Shown here in pieces: positions 27,797 through 32,436 of a DNA stretch of 32,436 nt (within the stretch, counting starts at the first letter, position 1; each line of letters begins with the position of its first letter). The translations under genes were made by a program, and so were the position numbers. The notes under the pieces are model-generated. The model did no database searches and was not told where the DNA came from. It was given only the letters and a program-made list of their open reading frames with translations. The stretch comes from Anaerolineae bacterium. Its GTDB lineage: Bacteria > Chloroflexota > Anaerolineae > Epilineales > Epilineaceae. The stretch is taken from NCBI GenBank assembly GCA_029262755.1, contig JAJCYU010000108.1:1-32436 (forward strand), read 5' to 3'.

Positions 27797-30298
27797 GTGA
27801 CGACCGTGCGCGAGGCCCTCGACACCCTCGATTATGTGGCGGCGCCGGAATCCGATGCCGAGGCACGGGCGTGGATTGCGGCGGAGGGCCCTGACTTCGA
27901 CCATTGGATCGACGGAGATTGGCGCGCTCCGCGCGCGGAAGAGCGGTTCGCGGTGTACAACCCGGCCGACGGCGTGCAGATCGCCTCGGCCGCGCAAGGG
28001 GACGCGGCGGACATTGCGGCGGCCGTCGCCGCGGCCGGCGCTGCGCTTCCTGCGTGGCGCGCGCTTTCCGGCGGCGACAGGGCGCGTCATCTCTACGCGC
28101 TCGCACGTCACGTGCAAAAGCAGCACCGGCTCCTTGCGACTCTGGAAACCCTGGACAACGGCAAGCCGATTCGCGAGTCGCGCGATCTCGACATTCCCCT
28201 TGCTGCGCGCCACTTCTACCACCACGCGGGGTGGGCGCAGTTGGCCGAAACCGAGCTGGCCGGCCTGGAAGGCGTAGGGGTGTGCGCGCAGATCATCCCG
28301 TGGAATTTCCCGTTGCTCATGCTGGCCTGGAAGGTGGCGCCGGCCCTGGCCATGGGCAACACGGTCGTGCTGAAACCAGCCGAGCACACGCCGCTCACGG
28401 CGCTGCGTTTCGCGCGCCTCGCCGCGGAGGCCGGTCTACCGCCCGGCGTGCTCAACATCGTGACGGGCGACGGACGAACGGGCGCGCTGCTTGTCGAGCA
28501 CCCGGGCGTGGATAAAGTCGCGTTCACCGGGTCCACGGACGTGGGCCGAATCTTGCGCCAAGCCACGGCGGGCACGGGGAAGGCCCTCACGTTGGAGTTG
28601 GGAGGCAAGAGCCCCTTCGTCGTTTTCGCGGACGCCGATTTGGACAGCGCGATCGAGGGTGTCGTCGACGCCATCTGGTTCAACCAGGGCCAGGTTTGCT
28701 GTGCGGGAAGCCGGTTGCTGGTTCAGGAAAACATCGCCGAAGCGCTGTACGATCGTCTGCGCGCGCGCATGGAATCGCTGCGCGTCGGCAGCCCCTTCGA
28801 CAAGACCGTGGACATTGGGGCGATCATCGCACCCGTTCAGCTGGAGCGCATTCGCGCGCTCTGTGCCGCGGGCGAGGCCGAAGGCGCGCGCTGCTGGCAA
28901 CCCACATGGGCCGTGCCGCAGGAGGGTTGGTTCTTCCCACCCACCCTGTTCACGGACGTGGCACCCGCCTCGACGATCGCGCGCGAGGAGATCTTCGGGC
29001 CCGTATTGGTGGCCATGACCTTCCGCACGCCCGACGAGGCCGTCGCGCTCGCCAACGACACCCGCTACGGGCTCGCCGCCAGCGTGTGGAGCCAGGACCT
29101 CGATACGGCCTTGGACGTGGCGCGGCGCATTCGCGCAGGCACGGTGTGGGTCAATTGCACGAATCAGTTCGATGCCGCGAGCGGTTTCGGCGGCTATCAG
29201 GAAAGCGGCTTCGGGCGCGAGGGCGGGAGGGAAGGACTGTGGGCCTACCTGCAACCGCGGATACCGTGGGTTGATGTCGACGGCGCAACGGAGGAGGTTG
29301 TAGAGCCGATCCATGCCGGGTTGCCGCGATCCGTCGCGTCGACGAACGCGTCCGTGTCGCCTGACCCCGTGTCGCCTGACCCCGCGTCGCCTGACCCCGC
29401 GTCGCCTATTCCCGCGACCTCCGCCGCTGGCACGATTCCACCCCGCATCGATCGTACGGCGAAGATGTACATCGGTGGACGCCAAGTGCGACCGGATGGT
29501 GGCTATAGCAGCCCTGTCGTAGGCGCCGGCGGCGTGGTGATCGGTCACGTCGGCCTCGGCAATCGCAAAGATGTGCGCAACGCCGTCGAGGCCGCGCGCG
29601 GCGCCGCATCGTGGGGCCTGCGTTCGGGCCACTCCCGCGCCCAAGTTCTCTACTTTTTGGGCGAGAACCTCGATGCCCGTCGTACGGAGCTCGAAGCGCG
29701 CATCGCGGCGTCCTGCGGTTGCTCGGCGGTCGCCGCGATCGCCGAGCTCGACGCAGCGCTCGACGCGTGCTTCACCTGGGCGGCATGGGCGGACAAGTGG
29801 GACGGAGCCGTGCACGATACGCCGCTACGCGGCTTCGTGGCAGCCATCCACGAGCCCCTCGATATCGTCGGGGTGGTTGCGCCGGATACATCGCCTCTCT
29901 CGGCCTTGCTCGGGCTGGCAGGACCACTGCTCGCAACGGGCAATCGGGTCGTCCTCGTGCCGAGTCAGACCAATCCCCTCGTTGCGACCGACCTCTACCA
30001 AGTGCTCGAAACCTCCGATCTGCCGGCCGGCGTGCTGAACCTGATCACGGGTGCGCGAGCCGATCTGGCGCCCGTGCTGGCTGATCACGACGAGGTCGAC
30101 GCGTTGTGGTTCGCCGCAGACAGCGTCGGGGACGGCGCCCTCGCGGCCGAATGCGAGCGCCGGTCGGCCGGCAACCTCAAACAAACGTGGGTGCTGGGTC
30201 CTGGCCGAGACTGGCACGCGCGCGACGCTGCCTTCGAACGCGATCGCCTGCGCCATGCCACGCAGGTGAAGAACATCTGGCTGCCCCACGGAGTATGA
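27797..30298 (+). CDS. Aldehyde dehydrogenase with an extra C-terminal partial ALDH domain (ALDH16-like), 833 aa
   Basis: Motifs PWNFP, KPAE, FTGST, LELGGK (catalytic Glu), FNQGQVCCAGSR (catalytic Cys), EEIFGP and FGGYQESGFGREGG. A second partial domain runs from IDRTAKMYIGGRQ to QVKNIWLP. GTG at 27797 follows GGAG. Confidence 0.93.
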   Translation: MTTVREALDTLDYVAAPESDAEARAWIAAEGPDFDHWIDGDWRAPRAEERFAVYNPADGVQIASAAQGDAADIAAAVAAAGAALPAWRALSGGDRARHLYALARHVQKQHRLLATLETLDNGKPIRESRDLDIPLAARHFYHHAGWAQLAETELAGLEGVGVCAQIIPWNFPLLMLAWKVAPALAMGNTVVLKPAEHTPLTALRFARLAAEAGLPPGVLNIVTGDGRTGALLVEHPGVDKVAFTGSTDVGRILRQATAGTGKALTLELGGKSPFVVFADADLDSAIEGVVDAIWFNQGQVCCAGSRLLVQENIAEALYDRLRARMESLRVGSPFDKTVDIGAIIAPVQLERIRALCAAGEAEGARCWQPTWAVPQEGWFFPPTLFTDVAPASTIAREEIFGPVLVAMTFRTPDEAVALANDTRYGLAASVWSQDLDTALDVARRIRAGTVWVNCTNQFDAASGFGGYQESGFGREGGREGLWAYLQPRIPWVDVDGATEEVVEPIHAGLPRSVASTNASVSPDPVSPDPASPDPASPIPATSAAGTIPPRIDRTAKMYIGGRQVRPDGGYSSPVVGAGGVVIGHVGLGNRKDVRNAVEAARGAASWGLRSGHSRAQVLYFLGENLDARRTELEARIAASCGCSAVAAIAELDAALDACFTWAAWADKWDGAVHDTPLRGFVAAIHEPLDIVGVVAPDTSPLSALLGLAGPLLATGNRVVLVPSQTNPLVATDLYQVLETSDLPAGVLNLITGARADLAPVLADHDEVDALWFAADSVGDGALAAECERRSAGNLKQTWVLGPGRDWHARDAAFERDRLRHATQVKNIWLPHGV
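29352..29407 (+). repeat. 15-bp in-frame tandem repeat (~3.7 copies) in the ALDH interdomain linker
   Basis: CCGTGTCGCCTGACC x2, CCGCGTCGCCTGACC, then partial CCGCGTCGCCT; encodes VSPDP VSPDP ASPDP ASP. Confidence 0.9.
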
Positions 30299-30534
30299 GC
30301 GGCGCCGATCACCCTACCGTACGTGGGGGGCTGGACCCGAGCGCCGGTCTTTGCGCCACCTGCACATGGGTTCGCCGCATCGTGAACGACAGGGGGAGCG
30401 TGTTTCTACGTTGCGGCTTTGCGGACCGCGATCCCGCATTTCCTCGCTACCCTCCGCTTCCCGTGCTCGCCTGCGACGCCCATCGGGCCCGCCCGACCGG
30501 GGGCGATGGCGAGATGTGCGATCGAGCCCCCTAA
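30295..30534 (+). CDS. Small putative metal-binding protein, CxxC-x16-C-x19-C (79 aa)
   Basis: ATG overlaps the ALDH TGA (ATGA). Sequence GLCATC...RGSVFLRC...DPAFPRYPPLPVLAC resembles a conserved uncharacterised small-protein pattern I recall. Confidence 0.75.
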   Translation: MSGADHPTVRGGLDPSAGLCATCTWVRRIVNDRGSVFLRCGFADRDPAFPRYPPLPVLACDAHRARPTGGDGEMCDRAP

Positions 30535-30555
30535 GGCCTCGTTCGTTGCGCTCCC

Positions 30556-31257
30556 CTAGGGAAACAGCGTGTCGCAGGATTCCGGCGACCAACGGACGTC
30601 GGAGCGCTCCCAGAGGCCCTGCCACCAGGCGTCGACCTCGGCTCGGTCCTCGGTCCGTAGCTCCGCCATGAGCAAGGTGTTGACGCTCTTGCGCAACAGG
30701 TCGGTGCGCTGCTGGGACCGCTGTTCGGCGCGGAATGCTTCCAGGGAAAGCCCCGTTCGGGTGAGCAGGTGCGCCTCGGTGGTCGCGACGGCGTCGGGGT
30801 CCTCATAGAGCGCCTGTGCGGTGCCGATCGCACGGTCGATCGTCGCGTCGCCGACGACGACCTCGCGGCGCTCGGCCTCCTGCCGAGCGAGTTCGTCGTA
30901 AATAAAGCGCACCGCCAACTCGCGGCAGAGCGCGCGCTCCTCACCCGGCTCGACGGCTTGCTCGATGCCGTCCTCAACCCGAACCAACTCACCGGTCTCG
31001 CCCAGGGCCAGCAACAGCGACACCGCGTCTCGGATCTCGGCGGCTAGGATCGGTTGCCCGTTGACCGTCGCCGCTATGTCGCCCTCCGGCGCCACCCCGG
31101 GCGGGACCGGACGGGCGGATGGAGCCTCGGGCTCCGGCGACGGGCGCGTGGCCGACCACCAGGCGCCGGCGAGGCCGACTACGGCAAGCACGCTCAATAC
31201 GATCGCGAGACGCGAAGGCGCGCGTGGGGGCGAAGGGTTGGATCGATCGGTGGACAT
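30556..31257 (-). CDS. Membrane-anchored SurA N-terminal-domain protein (PrsA/SurA-like chaperone lacking a PPIase domain), 233 aa
   Basis: One N-terminal TM helix (LAIVLSVLAVVGLAGAWW), then IAATVNGQPI..EI, ELARQEAERREV.V.D..ID and L...GLSLEAFR. ATG at 31257 is preceded by GGGAG with a 5-nt spacer. Confidence 0.7.
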   Translation of the reverse strand: MSTDRSNPSPPRAPSRLAIVLSVLAVVGLAGAWWSATRPSPEPEAPSARPVPPGVAPEGDIAATVNGQPILAAEIRDAVSLLLALGETGELVRVEDGIEQAVEPGEERALCRELAVRFIYDELARQEAERREVVVGDATIDRAIGTAQALYEDPDAVATTEAHLLTRTGLSLEAFRAEQRSQQRTDLLRKSVNTLLMAELRTEDRAEVDAWWQGLWERSDVRWSPESCDTLFP

Positions 31258-31508
31258 AGGGGCTCCCGGGTCGTGGTCGGGCGGCATGGTACCATAGCCG
31301 CCGCGGGGTGAGGGTGGGTTGGGCTCGGGCCGTGCCCGCGTATTCACGATCTCCGTGCCGCGTCTCGAACCCGGAAGAAGCGAAATCTTCAGCACGCCCC
31401 GGGTACGCCGTCGCAGCAGGATCCGCCGCCGGTACATGCGCTACCGTGCCGGACTGTTCGATCTGGGACGGCCCGGCAGGAAAGGGAGCCTCGAGCACCG
31501 ATGTTGCG

Positions 31509-32436
31509 ATGAGCGAGATCCAACCCGGCGACGCCTTGCGGGCCACGTTGGCGCGCATCGACGGCCGCGGATACGGCGCCTACCGCGACCTGCGCGGTGG
31601 GGTGTTCTCGACCTCCGGCTTCACGCTCCACGTCGACCACGTGCAGGGGGATCCTTTCGCGGCTCCGAGCCGCGTGCGCGTGCTCGTCCCGGCTTCCAAA
31701 GCAGCGCTCCCCGAACGGGTGTTGACGAACGAGGCGCGCCGCATCGGGGCCTCCTGCCGGTTGGCTCGCGCGTTCGCGGACGTGGCGCACGAGTGCAGTC
31801 AGGCGCGTGGTAGCGGGTCGTCGGGCCGGGTGCGTATCGATGCTCCCGGTCAGGCCGTGGTTCCGCAAACCGCGATGCGGATCCATACCAACGGGGACGT
31901 CGAGGCCCGCTTCACCGTCGGCCTGCCGGCGCTCGGGCGACGGGTGCTGGGCGACGAAGCCGCCGGTCTGTTGCTTGAGGACGTGCCACGCATCGTCGCG
32001 GATTCCTTGTTGTCCGGCGGCCACTCCGACGACGATTTGTGGCTGCATGCCGCTGTCAACGAAGATGCCGATGCACTGCGCGCCGGCCTCGCGCAGCATG
32101 AGCTCGTCGCCTTCCTCGCGGACGGTTCCGTGTTGCCGCGGCGAAGCGGCGCGGATGATCGGCCCTTGTCGATTCGGGATGGCGCGATCGCGCTGCACGC
32201 GCCCGATTCCCTCGCCGTGAGCTTGCCAACGCCCCACGGCGGGCTCGTACGCGGCCTCGGAATCCGGCGCGGGGTCACGGTCATCGTGGGTGGCGGCTTC
32301 CACGGCAAGAGCACGCTGCTACGCGCCATCGCGCGGGGTGTGTGGAATCACCGGCCGCAGGACGGTCGTGAACGCTGTGTCACGGTGCGAGACGCGGTGA
32401 AGGTGCGTGCGGAAGATGGGCGCAGTGTCGCCGGCG
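31509..32436 (+). CDS. ABC-class ATPase of the COG3044 family; 3'-truncated by the window edge and absent from the ORF track
   Basis: My translation from ATG 31509: IDGRGYGAYRDL, DHVQGDPFAAPS, GSGSSG, EARFTVGLPA.GR, LPRRSG, Walker A GGGFHGKSTLL, NH...DGRE, RAEDGR. Motifs at the start, middle and end are in one frame. Confidence 0.9.
   Translation, partial: MSEIQPGDALRATLARIDGRGYGAYRDLRGGVFSTSGFTLHVDHVQGDPFAAPSRVRVLVPASKAALPERVLTNEARRIGASCRLARAFADVAHECSQARGSGSSGRVRIDAPGQAVVPQTAMRIHTNGDVEARFTVGLPALGRRVLGDEAAGLLLEDVPRIVADSLLSGGHSDDDLWLHAAVNEDADALRAGLAQHELVAFLADGSVLPRRSGADDRPLSIRDGAIALHAPDSLAVSLPTPHGGLVRGLGIRRGVTVIVGGGFHGKSTLLRAIARGVWNHRPQDGRERCVTVRDAVKVRAEDGRSVAG

Noticed and set aside
31360..31500. 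SRP RNA or riboswitch upstream of the ATPase (GAACCCGGAAGAAGC; GAAGA/TCTTC hairpin)
   Set aside because: Lacks the CAGG...GGAA...AGCAG arrangement of SRP domain IV, and I recognised no riboswitch consensus. An Rfam scan would settle it.
1..32436. Frequent CGATCG/GATC words (HIP1-like or methylase target)
   Set aside because: Plausibly explained by ATC/GAT/ACG codon usage at high GC; I cannot compute enrichment against a Markov background by eye.

Overview
GC-rich bacterial window. It is probably Chloroflexota, inferred from protein architectures and a C-terminal YxP tail, not from a marker gene. The first 22 kb is a cell-surface protein cluster. It holds the 3' part of a DUF11-repeat surface protein (2-3505), translationally coupled to a 4860-aa giant protein (3505-18087) that shares the same ~1150-aa C-terminal cassette. 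A perfect 32-bp palindrome follows, then a convergent secreted protein of 8 PPC-like repeats with a Pro/Thr stalk and an IYAPFTYK tail. The giant has a nested architecture. Twelve beta-propeller blades sit inside a split nidogen(NIDO)-like domain, eighteen more sit inside a split DUF11 domain, and a CHRD domain sits inside another DUF11. The DUF11 repeats carry a K/D/N set consistent with isopeptide bonds, and one repeat has lost all three residues. The right part has a minus-strand run (AI-2E transporter, homogentisate phytyltransferase-like enzyme, MenA-like prenyltransferase). It diverges, via two apparently leaderless promoters, from a plus-strand operon (orphan DNA methyltransferase, deoC, ALDH16-like dehydrogenase, small 4-Cys protein). 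A SurA-N-type chaperone and a truncated COG3044 ATPase close the window. No rRNA, tRNA, CRISPR array or mobile element was recognised. All family calls are by-eye motif recognition; no database searches were run.
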